Shown here: positions 29,157 to 44,076 of the stretch, piece after piece
Layout of the letters: every line of letters starts with the position of its first letter
Numbering within the stretch: the first letter of the stretch is position 1
Source: the human T2T-CHM13v2.0 reference genome, Homo sapiens
Assembly: GCF_009914755.1 (NCBI RefSeq)
Contig: NC_060925.1
Direction: 5' to 3' (one strand)
DNA length: 64,000 bases
Position numbers and translations under genes: made by a program
The notes under the pieces: generated by a model
Told to the model about the DNA's origin: nothing
What the model saw: the letters and a program-made list of their open reading frames with translations, nothing else
Databases searched by the model: none

Positions 29157-31042
29157 TGATATGGCCTGGCTCTGTGTCCCCACCCAAATCTCATATTGAA
29201 TTGCAACCCAAATTGTAATCCCCACATGTTGCAGGAGGGACATCATGGGAGGTAATTAGAACAAGGGGGTGGTCCCTGCATGCTCTTCTCATGATAGTGA
29301 GAGAGTTCTCAGGAGATCTGATGGTTTTATAAGGGGCTTTTTCCCCTTTTGCTTGGCACTTCTCCTTCCTTGCCACCATGTGAAGAAGAAGTAAAGGCCA
29401 TTCTTTCTATGCTTTAGCAAAGAGACTGGCTGCATTTTGCCCATGCCCTAGAGATCTGTGGAACTTTGAACTTGAGAGAGATAATTTAGGGTAGCTGGCA
29501 GAAGAAATTTCTAAGTGGCAAAGTGTTCAAGAGGTGACAGAGCATAAAAGCTCGGAAAATTTGCAGGCTGACAATGCAAAAGAAAAGAAAAATCCATTTT
29601 CTGATGAGAAATTCAAGCCAGATGCAGACATTTGCATAAGTAATGAGGAGCACAATGTTAATCCCCCAGATAATGGGGAAAATGTCTATAGGGCATGTCA
29701 GAGGTCTTCACAGTAATCCCTCCCATCACAGGCCTGGAGGCCTACAAAGAAAAATGGTTTCTTGGGCCAGGCCCAAGGCTTTGCTGCTTTGTGCAGGCTT
29801 GGGACTTGGTGCCCTGCATCTCAGCCATGGCTAAAAGGGGCCAACATATAGCCCAGGCCATTGCTTCAGAACGTTCAAGCCCCAAGCCTTGGCCACTTGC
29901 AATGTGGTGTTGGGCCTGCAGGTACAAAGAAGTCAAGAATTGAGGTTTGGGAACCTCCACCTAAATTTCAGAGGATGTATGGAAATGCCTGGATGTCCAG
30001 GCAGAAGTTTGCTGCAGGGCAGAGCCCTCATGGAAAATCTCTGCCACAGCACTGCAGAAGGGAAATGTGGGGTCAGAGCCCCAATATAGAGTCCCCACTG
30101 GGGCACTGACTACTGGAGCTGTGAGAAGAAGGCCACCACCCTCCAGACCCCAAAATGGTAGATCCACTGACAGCTTGCACAGTGCACCTGGAAAAGCCAC
30201 AGATACTTAATACCAGCCCATGAAAACAGCCAAGAAGGGGGCTGTACCATGCAAAGCCACAGAGGCAGAGCTGCTCAAGGCCATGGGAGCCCACCTCTTG
30301 CATCAGCATGACCTGTATTTGAGACATGGAGTCAAAGGAGATCATTTTGGAGCTTTAAGATTTGACTGTCCCACTGGATTGCAGACTTGTGTGAGGCCTA
30401 TAGCCCCTTTGCTTTGGCCAATTTCTCCCTTTTGGAATGGGAGCATTTACCCAATGCCCATACTCCCATTGTACCTTGGAAGTAACTAACTCGCTTTTGA
30501 TTTTACAGGCTCCTAAGTGGAAGAGACTTGCCTTGTCTCAGATGATACTTTGGACTTGGACTTTTGGGTTAATGCTAAAATGAGTTAAGTCTTTGGGTAA
30601 CTTTTTGGAAGGCATAATTTTGTTTTGAAACGTGAGAAAGACAAGATTTGGGATGAGCCAGGAGTGGAATGATATGGTCTGGCTCTGTTTCCCCACCCAA
30701 ATCTCATCTTGAATTGTAATCCAAATTATAATCCCCACTTGTTGGGGAAGGGATCGCATGGGAAGCAATTAGATCATGGGAACAATTCCATTCTGTTCTT
30801 TAAATAGTGAATGAGTTATGAGATCTGATAGTTTTTTAAGGGGCTTTTTCCCACTTTGCTTGGCACTTCTCTTTTCTGCTACCATGTGAAGAAGGACATG
30901 TTTGTTTCCCCTTCCATGATGTTTAAAAGTTTCCTAAGGCCTCCACAGCCATGCAGAACTGTGAGTCAATTAAATCTTTTTCCTTTATAAATTACCCAGT
31001 TTTGGACAGTTCTTAATAGCAGCATGAGAATGAACTAATACA
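29157..31042 (+). mobile_element. THE1D-like MaLR provirus (partial 5' LTR, internal region, 3' LTR 30670-31042)
   Basis: tgatatgg...ctaataca termini; 5-bp TSD acagt at 29152-29156 and 31043-31047; deletion at ~29390. Confidence 0.93.
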
Positions 31043-32727
31043 ACAGTCATGCAGTATGATTAAAATACAAAGAATATAATCTAATGATAATAAACTGGAA
31101 GTAACTTAGCAAGGCTGTTTACTGAGACCCTTCTCAGTGTTTCTGTATAATGTTCCTTCCCTTCAGGTATAGGGCAGGACACTTGGCATATGATAGTCCT
31201 CAGGGGAGGAAGAAGGGAAGGTCAGAGAGTGACCTTCCTAGATTGTATGGCCTGCTTTAGGAAAGAAGGGAGAGGTGAGAGTGGCCTTCATGCTTCTGAT
31301 GTTTTTTCCAAATGCCAAGGTGCCCTATTTTGGGGTAGTGTCTCCCAATCCCTGTCACTCTAAACCAGGGGTTTTAGGAAATCTGAAGATACAGTTCAGG
31401 GAATCCTGAACTTTGATGGGAAAAAAAAGGATTTTTTTGACATCCTGACTAAAACTTAACATGTCCTTGGATTATGAGCATGGGCAAACAAATAAATAAA
31501 TACCACTGTAATATTAGTAGTGCCTATGATTTTGTCTCAAATGGGAATTATGGATATTTTATAATATATTACAGCTGTTGCAGAGGTTGAAATATATTTT
31601 AGATTCATGTTATTTTGAAATTACAATAATTTTTAGATCACGAGCTATATCAAATGTGATTGCAGTCTTTTTGTCAATAGATGCTCTTGTGATGTAGCTG
31701 GGAAACTATTGGGTAACTAACTCTGTGCCTAGTAGTTGTTCAGCAGCAAAATGGTAATGTTGCATGTCTTTACAATGATGACCCAGAAATCCCTATCTAT
31801 AATTGACTGTTGATTAACGACACAAAGGGAGAAGCATAATTTTCATTCTCCGTTAGTATTTTGCAAATCTGGGCAGTTCAAATGAGAAATTTTGTCTTAA
31901 TCCCTAAGGCAACATGGCCTTTTGAAACACAAATAGGTGTACTGGCTACTTGAATAGACCAGACAAGTTTAAATACATTTAACAGTTGAGGTCACTCCTG
32001 AAGTGTTATTTCTATTTATTACTTAAAATAAATATAGATAATGGATTGGACAGTGATACAAGTCATGTATGGTGTTGAAGTTCTGTGAATAGCTAGAAGA
32101 AAGGTGTTAAAAGTGTTGGTCTGCCTTCCATTCACTTCCTTCAAGAAATGGAAAGGGAATGGGGATCCTTGGGAAAAATTTAAGAACCAGGAGACCTGAT
32201 CTAATCTCTTTGTCAACTGTATTTCTAGGTCTATTAAATAGACTAATAATATTCACTAGAAGAAAGATAATTTATCTCTGAAAAATCTTTAGCAGAATGG
32301 TCATGGCCAAGGTCTTCAGTAAATAGAATCAGGATCTATGTCTTCTTGAAGAATGTCTCATAAGCTATGTAACTCTCTAAGATATAAAATATCTTAGATA
32401 TAAAATAGGATGCTTCATGGTTTAAACACTATGCCTGAGAAATCCCACAAAACTCACTTAGGAATCTCACCTATTCTGGAGCAGAGGTGTATGCCTGTAC
32501 TGAAAAGGAAGGACCTAGTGACCTGCTCTCAATGCCTCAGAATCTCTCTGCTTCTTCTGAACCTCTGGATTGCCTGTAGCCTTGAAAGTATTTAATAAGT
32601 CTTGATACTGGGTAATATCTCTTACTTGTTTAAGCCTGATTTATAATAACAATCCACTCTTGTGTGTTAGCTCAGCAGCAGAGATTCTTTCTTTTATATT
32701 GCCTTGTGTATTCTCTCTCTCTCTCTC

Positions 32728-32888
32728 ATTATTATTTTTATACTTTAGGGAGTATGAGTACAGCTTTGTTACATGGATATAATGCATAGTGGTGAAGTCT
32801 GGGCTATTAGTTTTACCATCACCCATTAGCGTACATTGTACCCATAGGTAATTTCTCCTCCCTCAGCCCTCTTCCCAGCCTCCCAGTT
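32728..32888 (-). mobile_element. L1M 3' terminal fragment
   Basis: tttgttacatggatataatgcatagtggtgaagtctgggct...cattgtacccataggtaattt. Confidence 0.75.
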
Positions 32889-33327
32889 TCTCTCTTTTTC
32901 TAAACATCATCTGTATTATTAAGCAAAAACATGCACATGCAGCGTGTTGTACAAATGGTGTTCATGAGTCATTATTCTTAATACTACAAATTTTATAAGT
33001 AACTTTGTGCAAAAGTAAATAACATCAGAACTGAAAACCATTATTTTGGGAAGGCACAAAATGCCACAAGATGACACATAAAACAATTGCCAAATTCCAG
33101 AAGGATATTTTAATATAATTAGTTTTCTTTGAAATTCTATGCATTTATCTAAGCTTTAAAACATATTTTTGTTAGAAATGGTGTAGACTTCATCAATCTG
33201 CCACAGGGTCCATGATAAAAAATGTTTAGAATTTCTGCTCTGAACCAAGTCTAATTATTTCTTGCCTTTAGGCATATATGCCCTATATATAAGTCTTATT
33301 AGAATGACAGCTCCTCAGACAAATCTT

Positions 33328-33556
33328 CAGGCTGGAGTGCAGTGACACAATCACAGTTCACTGTAGCCTTGATCTGGGCTCAAGTGATTCTCCCACCTCA
33401 GCCTCCTAAGTAACTGGGACCATAGGCATGTGCCACCACACCCAGCTAATTTTTGTTTTGTTGAGACTGATCTGAAACTCCTGGGCTCAAGCAGTCCTCT
33501 CACTTCAGCCTTCTGAAGTGTTGAGATTACGGGTGTGAGGCACTTCACCCAGCCTA
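33328..33556 (-). mobile_element. Partial AluJ
   Basis: caggctggagtgcagtg...ctcctgggctcaagcag, with internal deletions. Confidence 0.85.
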
Positions 33557-34108
33557 GATATTGCTTTTACCGAATTCAGGACACAAATTCAAAATAATAA
33601 AACTGCTCAGATGTCCTTTATACCCAGACTGTCTTTGATACTTCCCAGATGACCACTGATAAACCCAAATTTGTTCCATCACCCTATAAAAAAGAATGTT
33701 GAAATAAATCAATGTTTGATATTTGCCATAATTTAATTGGCTTAACTGCTCTAAGTAAATAAATTGAATGACCTAGAACCTTTTCCTTGGGAGCCAAATG
33801 TCAAGAAGTCATTTACCATTCTTAAACATATAAGCCCTGACTTGGGTATTCCTAACTATGCTAAATTGTGTACCTAAAAGCATGGTTGTAGTTTAGGGGT
33901 ACTCCTTCAAAAACGAGGAACTCATAACAAGCACATTGCTTATCTTAGTATTTCTCTTGACCCTGTAGCTAAGAATTATCTGCCTTGTTTATACCCTACA
34001 GCAGAGGCAGCTAATTTAGTTGAAGTCTCTACAGACATTGTTCTAGGTCTACTTCTCACCCACGAGTCCATTGTGTAGTAGAAGACTTTTTACTCCAAAA
34101 CAATACTC

Positions 34109-34435
<327 letters not shown>

Positions 34436-34452
34436 TTATCTGCTTCCCTCCT

Positions 34453-35130
34453 TGTTACAGTAGATAGGCAGACCTGAGCAGGGCAGGAGAGGCCCCACAC
34501 ACACACACGCACACGTGGAACGTCAGGCGACCATCAGGTTGTGATCGGGCAGTTGTTAACTATCTCTCTAAAATAATAATTGGTCACAGCCAGCTTCAGA
34601 GAAAGGCAGACTCCCAATAGATAGAAAACCCTGAAACAAGTGATCAGCTTCCCAGTGAGATCTCAGGAGTTGGGCAAGGGGGCTCAAGCATGCTTATTAA
34701 GAGGCAAAATGGTGGAGTTTAACTGGTAGATAACCTTCCTCTGGGAACATTCAACTGGTAAGAAAAAAATGCCTCAAGTGAGCACGTGCACAATTTCAAT
34801 AAACACACTGTACATGCAGCCCCTCCCAAGTGCTGGCAGGCCACTGCACTTGTAGACAGCTCACCCCAAGGGAAGAATCAGGGAATAAGGAATGGAAGAT
34901 CCTGGATGTACACCAACATATAAAACCCTAAGTCAAATGTCAAACTGCACTTGAGTCTCTCAAGTTGCCTACTTGGCCCTCTTCCAAGTGTACTTTACAT
35001 AAACTTTCGCTTCAGCTCTAAAACTTGCCTCAGTCTCTCACTCTGCCTTATGCTCCCAGTTAAATTCTTTCTTCTGAGAAGCCAAGAATTGAGGTTGCTG
35101 CAGACTTGTGTGGATTTGCTGCTGCTAACA
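34453..35130 (+). mobile_element. MER50-family solo LTR (ERV1)
   Basis: TG...CA termini, tcct/tcat flanks, and MER50 motifs (gagcagggcaggagagg, ctctctaaaataataattggtcacagcc, aagaggcaaaatgg). Confidence 0.85.
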
Positions 35131-35171
35131 TCATAAATATCAAATTCTGTTCCAATCTAAATCCAGCTACA

Positions 35172-35480
35172 AGCCAGGCACAGTGGTTCACAACTGTGAA
35201 AATCCCAACACTTTGGGAGGCCAAGGTGGGCAGATTGCTTGAGACCAGGAGTTCAAGATCAGCCTGGGCAGCATAGCAAGACCCTATCACTACAAGATTT
35301 TACAAATTAGCTAAGCATGTTGGTATACACCTATAATCGTAGCTACTCAGGAGGCTGAGGCAGAAGGATGGCTTGTGCCCAGGAGTATGAGGTTGCAGTG
35401 AGCTATGATCACACCACTACACTTCAGCCTGGGAGACACAGTGAGACCCTGTCTCTCAAAAAAGAACAAAAACAAAAAAA
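35172..35480 (+). mobile_element. AluJ element
   Basis: Dimeric Alu with gagctatgatcacaccact. Confidence 0.9.
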
Positions 35481-35788
35481 CAGTCCCACAACCTTATTTT
35501 TCCTTCTTGACAAAAGTAAATTCTATGCTAACAGTTATTCAAAAATCTGAGCATGCAATATCCTGACTCTCCTTATATTCCCCTGGACAATTCTGATATG
35601 AAATTCAAATTCTTGTTAATGGCTCATTACTTAAAATTTATAAAAGTATATGTTGTACTGGATATGCTATGCCATCTGACCATTCTGTGATTGAAACTTC
35701 CTCTTTATATCATAGCTCATTCTACTCAGATGACTGAGTTAATAGCTCAAACCATGACAGCTTGTTAAAGGTTTAATGTTAATATCTA

Positions 35789-36157
<369 letters not shown>

Positions 36158-37844
36158 TAATGACTCATGAGAGCCAATCCAACATCTGAAGGGAATCTCT
36201 GTCATTAAGACTGAAACACGCATATAATTTTTTTAAGCTAAAGGAGATAATCTAAGCAATTACTCTGCAAAATCAACAGCCCACACTGATTTAACCACTA
36301 TTTAGCATCTAAAAGATAGTTGCACAGTCTGATATAAAGAACTCAGAAGGACTAATTCAAATATAACAATTATTCTATCTCTACAGAAGAGAAAAAGATA
36401 TTGGTTATTTCAGACCTGTCTCATGCATAGCAAGCTGGACTTTAGCATTTCAAAGAAGGCAACTTGGTGGTGCCTAAGTCAATTGTCAGAACTTTTGTTC
36501 TCATGTCACATGAAAGCACCTACAATGGCAGGACAGATTGGAACAAATGTTACAAAAATATTGGTGAAGATGACTTTACCTGACAGCTTCAGCTAGTAAC
36601 AAAGCCTTGCCTTATTTGTAATTGTAACCCAAAAAACAACTATAAAGGTAGGGTAAAGCTCTGACCAACTCAAGGACTATCTAACCATTTAGAAATGGAT
36701 AGCATTCAGGTGCCTAAATTGAAAACCTAGACGTTTCATCTATAATTTTCTGGTTAAATTATATTTTCTTTTGCCAAATGATTTGACCCTTAATTGTTAC
36801 AATAAAAATATTTATAGGTTTTACTTTCTCCACATGAGGAATACATTTAATGACCTCTAATGATAAAGGAATTCACTTTACAGGTGAAATACTTAAGGAA
36901 TTATAAAAGGTTCTCGCTTTAAAACAGAAACTTATTTGTCTATATAGTCCTTAAAGTTCTAGAAAGATAAAATAAACTAACATTACTTTAAATTAAAATT
37001 GTTCAATGTTTCAGAAGAAAGCACATTCTAAATTGTCAGATGCTGTCAAAAACAAATATAGTCACAATCATATGCTCAATTGATGCATGTTGCACATTCC
37101 AAGCACACCATCAAGCACAACCCTGGATGATACACAATCTGGAGGCTGGGTACAATAGAAAGATACCAACAAAAGTTAGCCCTAGAAACATGATAAAAGG
37201 GTCATTAAGGTACTTTTAACCAGAAATACTGCTCTTTAAAATGAAGGGAATATGCCTGTGGATTCATGATTTTAGGCGTAAATGAGCAAAGAATCTCACA
37301 AACTAAACTCGCAGTTCTATTGAAAATCTAACCCTGAAGCCCATTAAAAGACCTCCAGAAAGAGATGACTTCCATAGACAGCTGCCCCATAATACATGGG
37401 CAAAAAGAAAGACTACATCAGCATAAACAGCTTCCCCCCAAAACTTTTCCCATCAAGGTAGAATAAAAGACAATTTTATTATTAATACTCTTTCTCTTTC
37501 TATTTGCAATACTCGTTTCTTTCTATTGCTCGAAAGTACTGGACTGCTAAAAATGGTCACCTTACTCTTCTGTTCCCTTCTTTCAACTGCCTTCTTTCCT
37601 ATAAGCCCCTTTGAGCTCCTTAATTTGCCTTTCTCAAATAATTATAATGCCTCCAATCTTTTCAAATTTGGGTTCGTCATCTGGCCTTATATCCCTCTAA
37701 TAAAGATTAATCCAGATTAAAAGATTAAACTAAATCTTAACTGGAGTCTAAGCTCCCCCAAATTAGCTAATGCTTCTGTTATCTTATAGAGCATCAAATA
37801 AACTCAGAAGTTGGGGATTTAAATGACTAATGACAAAAGTTATG

Positions 37845-37980
37845 TAGCTTCAGGTACTATGCTTATTACCTGGGTGACAAAATAATCTGTTCACCAATCC
37901 CCCATGACACACAATGTACCTGTGTAACAACCCTGCACATGTACCCTGACCTAAATAAAAGTTAAAAGATAAATAAATAA
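37845..37980 (+). mobile_element. Old L1P 3' terminal fragment
   Basis: ggtactatgcttattacctgggtgacaaaataatctg...cctgcacatgtaccc. Confidence 0.8.
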
Positions 37981-39527
37981 AGCTATGCAGCACCAGGAAG
38001 AATTCTTCAGGTGCCCAGGAAGGGAGTATTTAGGCTAGCCCTGGGGCAGAGGGGAATCTGATGTCTAGCAAGAGGAAAGTGGGTCCTGACTGGCTTCACT
38101 ACCAGCTTCCTAAAGTGGCCTTGGTCCCCAGATACATTTCAGCTGCATCCAGGCCATAGTAACTGTGGTCTTCATGCAAGCTCTCGTACTACACTGATCT
38201 TAGAATCTGTGTGCTAGGGGTACAACCCAGCATGAAACCAGCTTTGGCAGCCATGGGAGTGCCTGTGTTGCCAGCACTCCCAACTCTGGGCAATGCAGCA
38301 CAGAGAGACACTCCTTCCAACTGGGGAAGAAAAGGGAAGAGTACAAGAAATTTTGTCTTGCAACCAGGTACCAGCCCAGTCACAGTAAAGCACAGCATTG
38401 GGCAGAATCCCAAAGCCCCTGATTCTGAGCCACTGTTCCATACAACCCTTTGGGCCAGGCCAGAAGGGAAAGAGAGGTAGAAAAAAATATATTAGAAAGT
38501 TTATTCAAAGAAATAGTAACAGAGAACTTTCAACTTAGAGAAAGATATAAATATCCAGGTATAAGAAGGTCAAAGAATACAAAGAAGATTCAAACCAAAT
38601 AAGACTACCCCAAGGCATGTAATAATCAAGCTCCAAAGGTCAAAGTTAAAGGGAAATCCTTAAAGCAGCAAGAGAAAAAAAGCAAATAACATATAAAGGA
38701 GTTCCTATACATCTGGCAACAGACTGCTCAGTGGAAATTTTATAGGCCAAGAGAAAGTGGAATGACATCTTCAAAGTGCTGAAGGGAAAAACTTCCAACT
38801 GAGTATACTGTATCCAGCAAAGTTATTCTTCAAACATGAAGACAAAATAAAGACTTTCTCAGGCAAACAAAAGCTAGGAGAATTAATCACCACCAGACCT
38901 GTCTTACAAGAAATGGTAAAGGCAGTTCTTTATTCTGAAAGAAATAGACACTTACATGTAGCAAGAAATAATCTGAAGGCATAAAATTCGCTGGTAAAAG
39001 TAAGTACACACACAAATTTGGAATACTCCAATACTGTAATTGTGGTGTATAAAGCACTCAGATATTTAGTATAAAGACTGAAAAGCAAATCAACCAACGA
39101 TAATAACTACAACAATTTGTTGAGATAGGCTATATAAAAAGACATAAATTCAGAAAACATAAAGTCAAAAAGTAGAGGAATGAAGTTAAAGTACAGAGTG
39201 TTATAATTTTTTCTCTGCTTAATTGTTTATTTTATTCATGATTAAAGTTGCCATCAGTTTAAAATAATTTCTAATAACTATAAGATTTTTTTGTAAGCCC
39301 CATGGTAATCACAAAGCAAAAACATTTAATAGACACATTAAAAACAAACAGCAGAGAAATTAAAACATACTGCCAGAGAAAATCACTTATTTACTAAGGA
39401 ATACAGTAAGAAAAAAGAAAGGAGGAGAGAAATTCTAAAACAACTAAAATACAAGTAACAAAATGGTAGTAGTAAATCCTTACCTATCCATAATAACATG
39501 AACTAAATTCTCCAATTGAAAGATATA

Positions 39528-39866
<339 letters not shown>

Positions 39867-39928
39867 CTATATGCTGCCTACAAGAAACTCACTTCACATA
39901 TAAAGACACAGAGAATGAAAGTGAAGAG

Positions 39929-40226
39929 GGCCAGATGAGGTGGTTCATACATGTAATACCAGCACTTTTGGAGATGAAGGTTGGTTGATCACTTGAGCTC
40001 AGGAGTTTGAAACCAGTCTGGGCAACATGGTGAAACTGCGTCACTACAAAAAATACAAAAATTAGCCAGGTATAGTGGCACATGTCTGTAGACCCAGCTA
40101 CTAGGTAGGCTGAGGTGGGAGAATCACTTGAGCCAGGAGCTGGAGGTTGCAGTGAGCTGGGCTCACACCATTGCACTCCAGCCTGAGTGACTGAGCAAGA
40201 CTCTTTCTTAAAAAAAAAAAAAAAAG
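39929..40226 (+). mobile_element. AluJ/S element in L1MA
   Basis: Dimeric Alu; aaagtga duplicated. Confidence 0.9.
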
Positions 40227-40741
40227 TGATGGGTTTAAAAGGATATTCCATAAAAAGGGAAATTTTTAAAAAGCAAGAATAGCTATATTTACATCAGATA
40301 AAATAGATTTCAAGTCAAAAACTGCAAAGAGAGACAAAGAAGGCCACCATCTAATAATTAAGGGGTCAATTCAGTAAGAAAATATAAAAATTATAAATAT
40401 ATATGCCCCCAACATTGGAGCACTGAAACAAATAAAGTAAACATTAATAGATCAAAAGGAAGAAGTAGACTGCAATACAACAATAGTAAAGGACTTCACT
40501 GTCCCTCTATTATACCACTCTGTTATTATCCCTCTATTAGTAGCAATAGACAGGTCATTGAAACAGAAAATCAACAAAGAAACATCAGAATTAAGCTACA
40601 GTCTAGATCAAATGAACTCAACTGACATTTACAGAACATTTCATGCAAACTGTTGCATAATACACATAATACACATTCTTCTCATTGGACATGGAACATT
40701 CTCCAAAATCACCACATGCTAGGCCACAAACAAATCTTATG

Positions 40742-41040
40742 GTTTTTGTTGTTGTTGTCGTTGTTGTTTTGAGACAGGGTCTTTCTCTGTCACCTAGACC
40801 AACACAGCTCACTGCAGCCTCGACCTCTGAGCTCAACTGATCCTCCCAACTCAGCCTCAAAGGTAGCTGGGACTACAAGCACATGCCACTATACCTGGCT
40901 AATTTTTCTATTTTTTTTGTAGAGATGGGGTTTCACCATGTTGCCCGAGCTGGTCTTGAACTCCTTGGCTCAAGCAATCCTCCCACCTCAGCCTACCAAG
41001 TAGCTGGGACTATAGGTGTGAACTACTACACTCAGCCTGG
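40742..41040 (-). mobile_element. AluJ element in L1MA with (GTT)n tail
   Basis: Reverse Alu; aaacaaatctta duplicated on the flanks. Confidence 0.9.
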
Positions 41041-41962
41041 TAAACAAATCTTAACAAATTCAAAAAAAATCAACATTATATTAAGTATCTTTTCTGACCA
41101 CAATTAAATAAAACTAGAAATCAATAACAAAAGGAATTTTGGAAACTTCATAAATACATGGAAAGTAAATAATGTGCTCCTGGACAACAAATGGGTCAAT
41201 GAAGAAATTAAGAAAGCAATTACAACATTTCTTGAGACAAATGAAAATGAAAATACAACATATCAAAACCTAAGAGATAAAGCAAAAGCAGTTTTAAGAG
41301 GAAAGTTTATAACAATAAACACCTACATCAAACAAGTGGAAAGTTGTTAAGTAAACAACCTAATGATGCACATCAAAGAACTAGAAAAGCAAGAACAAAC
41401 AAACCCAAAATTAGTAGAAGAAAAGAAATAATAAATGACAGAGCAGAAATAAATGAAATTGAGACTCAAAAACAATACAAAAGATCAGAAAAGGAAAATT
41501 TGGTTTTCTGAAAAGATAAATAAAATTTTAAAACCTTTATTTAGACTAACAAAAACTAAAGAGACAAGACTCAAAGAAATAAAATCAGAAATGAAAAAGG
41601 AAATATTACAACTGATACCACAGACATATAAAGGATCATTAGAAACTATTATAAACATCTATATGCCAATAAATTGGAAAACCTAGAAGAAATGCACAAA
41701 TCCCTGGACACAGACAACCTAACAAGATTAAATCATGAAGATATAAAAGATCTGAACAGACCAATAATATGTAACAAGATAGAACAGTAATAAAGAGTTT
41801 CCCATCAAAGAAAAGTCCAGGACCTGATGGCTTCACTGCTGAATTCTACCACATGCTAAAGAAAACTAATATTGATTCTACTCAAAAAGAGGAAGAAATA
41901 CTTCCAAACTCATTCTATGAAGCCAGCATTACTCTCATATCAAAACCAAACAAAGATTTTTT

Positions 41963-42148
41963 TAAAAAAGAGAGAGAAAGAGAGAAAAGGAAAGAAGAAA
42001 AGAGAGAAAAAAAGAAAGAAAGAAGGAAAGAAAGAAAGAAAAAGGAAAGAAAGAAAGAAAAAGAAGGAAAGAAAGAAAGAGGGAGGGTGGGAGGGAGGGA
42101 GGGAGGGAAGGAAGGAAGGAAGGAAGGAAGGAAGGAAGGAAGGAAGGA

Positions 42149-42188
<40 letters not shown>

Positions 42189-42190
42189 AA
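41963..42190 (+). repeat. Compound purine microsatellite (GAAA)n-(GGGA)n-(GGAA)n-(GGCA)n
   Basis: Direct inspection. Confidence 0.92.
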
Positions 42191-42195
42191 AACTA

Positions 42196-42430
42196 GGCCA
42201 GGCACTTTGGGAGGCCAAGGCAGAATTGCTTGAGCCCAGGAGTTGGAGACCAGCCTTGGCAACATTGCAAGACCCCATCTCTACCAAAAAAAAAAAAAAA
42301 AAAAAAAGTTAACTGAGCCTGGTAGCACATACCTGTAGTCCCAGCTACTCAGAAGCCGAGGTAGGAGGATTGCTTGAGCCTGGGAAGTTGAGGCTGGTGA
42401 CAGAGTGAGACCCTGTCTCAAAAAAAGAAA
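42196..42430 (+). mobile_element. AluJ with internal deletions
   Basis: Alu arms with a long A linker. Confidence 0.85.
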
Positions 42431-42612
42431 AGAAAACTACAGACCAATAATTCCGATGAACATAGATACAAAAATCCTCAACAAAATACTAGCAAACCAA
42501 ATGTAATAATACATTAAAAGAATCATTCATTATCATCAAATGGGATTCATCCCACAATGCAAGAACACACATGCAAATCAATAAATGTAATATATCAGAT
42601 TAATAGAATCAA

Positions 42613-42874
42613 AGCACCTTGGAGGCCAAGGCAGGCAGATCGCTTGAGGCTAGGAGTTAGAGACCAGCCTGGGAAACACGGTGAAGCCCTGTCTGTACTA
42701 ATATTACAAAAATTAGCCTGGTGTGGTGGTGCATGCCTATAATCCCAGCTACTCAGGAGGCTGAGGTATGAGAATTGCTTGAACCCAGGAGGCAAATGTT
42801 GCAGTGAGCTGAGATTGTGCTACTGCACTCTATCTAGCCTGGGCAACAGAGCAAGATTCTGTCAGAAAAAAAAG
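42613..42874 (+). mobile_element. 5'-truncated Alu in L1MA ORF2
   Basis: Alu body; agaatcaa duplicated. Confidence 0.88.
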
Positions 42875-44041
42875 AATCAAGAACAAAAACAAAATGATCA
42901 TTTCAGTACATTCCAAAAATTATTATATAAAATTCAGTATCTTTTCATGATGAAAACATTTGACAAACTGGATATAGAAGGAACATATCTCAAAAAAATA
43001 AAGACCATTTATGACAAACCCACAGCTAGCATAATACTGACCGGGAAAAAATTGAAAGCCCTTCCTCTAATACCTGGAATAAGACAAGGATGCTCACTTT
43101 CATTAAACATAGTAGTAGAAGTCATAGCCAGAGCAATTAGACAAAAGAAAAGACTAAAGGGCATCCAACTTGGAAAGAAAGAAGTCAAATTGTCCTCATT
43201 TGCAGATGACATAATTTTTATATTTAGGAAAACTTAAAGATGTTAGCAAAAAACTAGTAGAACTGATAAACAAATTCAGTAAAGTTGCAGGATATAAAAA
43301 CAACATACAAAAATCAGTAGCATTCCAGCCAACAATCTGAAAAAGTAATCAAGAAAGCAAGCCCATTTACAATAGCTATGAAATATAGATTGCATGGGAA
43401 TAAATTTAAGCAAAGAAGCAAAAGAATGCTACAATGAAAACTATAAAACACTGATGAAAGAGATTAAAGAAGACATCAAAAAATGGAAAAATATCTCATG
43501 CTCATGGATTGGAAGAATTATTATGGTTAAAATGACCATATTGTTGTTAAAATGTCCATACTTTGTAGACCCAAAGAAATCTGCAGATTTAATGCTATCC
43601 TTATCAAAATACCAATGACATTCTCCACAGAAATAGAAAAACAATCCTAAAATCTGTATGGAATCACAAAAGATCCTGAATAGCCAAAGCAATTCTGAGC
43701 ACAAAGAACAAAGCTGGAGGTACTATATTACCTGACTTCAAAATATACTACAAAAGCGTAGTAACCAAAACAGCTTAGTACTTGCATACAAACAGACACA
43801 CAGACTAATGGAACAGAATTGAAAACACAGAAATAAATCCACACATTTATAGCTAACTTATTTTTGACAAAGGCACCAAAAATATACACTGGGAAAATGA
43901 GAGTCTCTTCAATAAATGGTGCTGAGAAATTGGATATCCATATGTAGAATGAAACTAGAACTCTATTTCTCATATATACAAAAATTAAATCAAAATGGAT
44001 TAAAGACTGAAATGTATGACCTAAAACTATGAAACTACTGC

Positions 44042-44076
<35 letters not shown>

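Larger units (their letters stand above)
27165..31356 (-). mobile_element. ERV1-class LTR (MER34/MER39-like, name uncertain) in three pieces: ~27165-27282, ~29077-29156, ~31043-31356
   Basis: The pieces join into one LTR-like sequence once the L1 and THE1 are removed. Confidence 0.55.

Noticed and set aside
28452-29246. 264-aa THE1 LTR / L1 ORF2 chimeric ORF
   Set aside because: Chance read-through from antisense LTR sequence into a truncated ORF2; no sign of function.
29534-30768. Cluster of 60-90 aa ORFs in the THE1 interior
   Set aside because: Fragments of decayed MaLR internal sequence; no intact long ORF.
36580-36640. Possible minus-strand exon (ttatag|...cag|gtaaag)
   Set aside because: Stops in all three frames; such splice-like pairs arise by chance.
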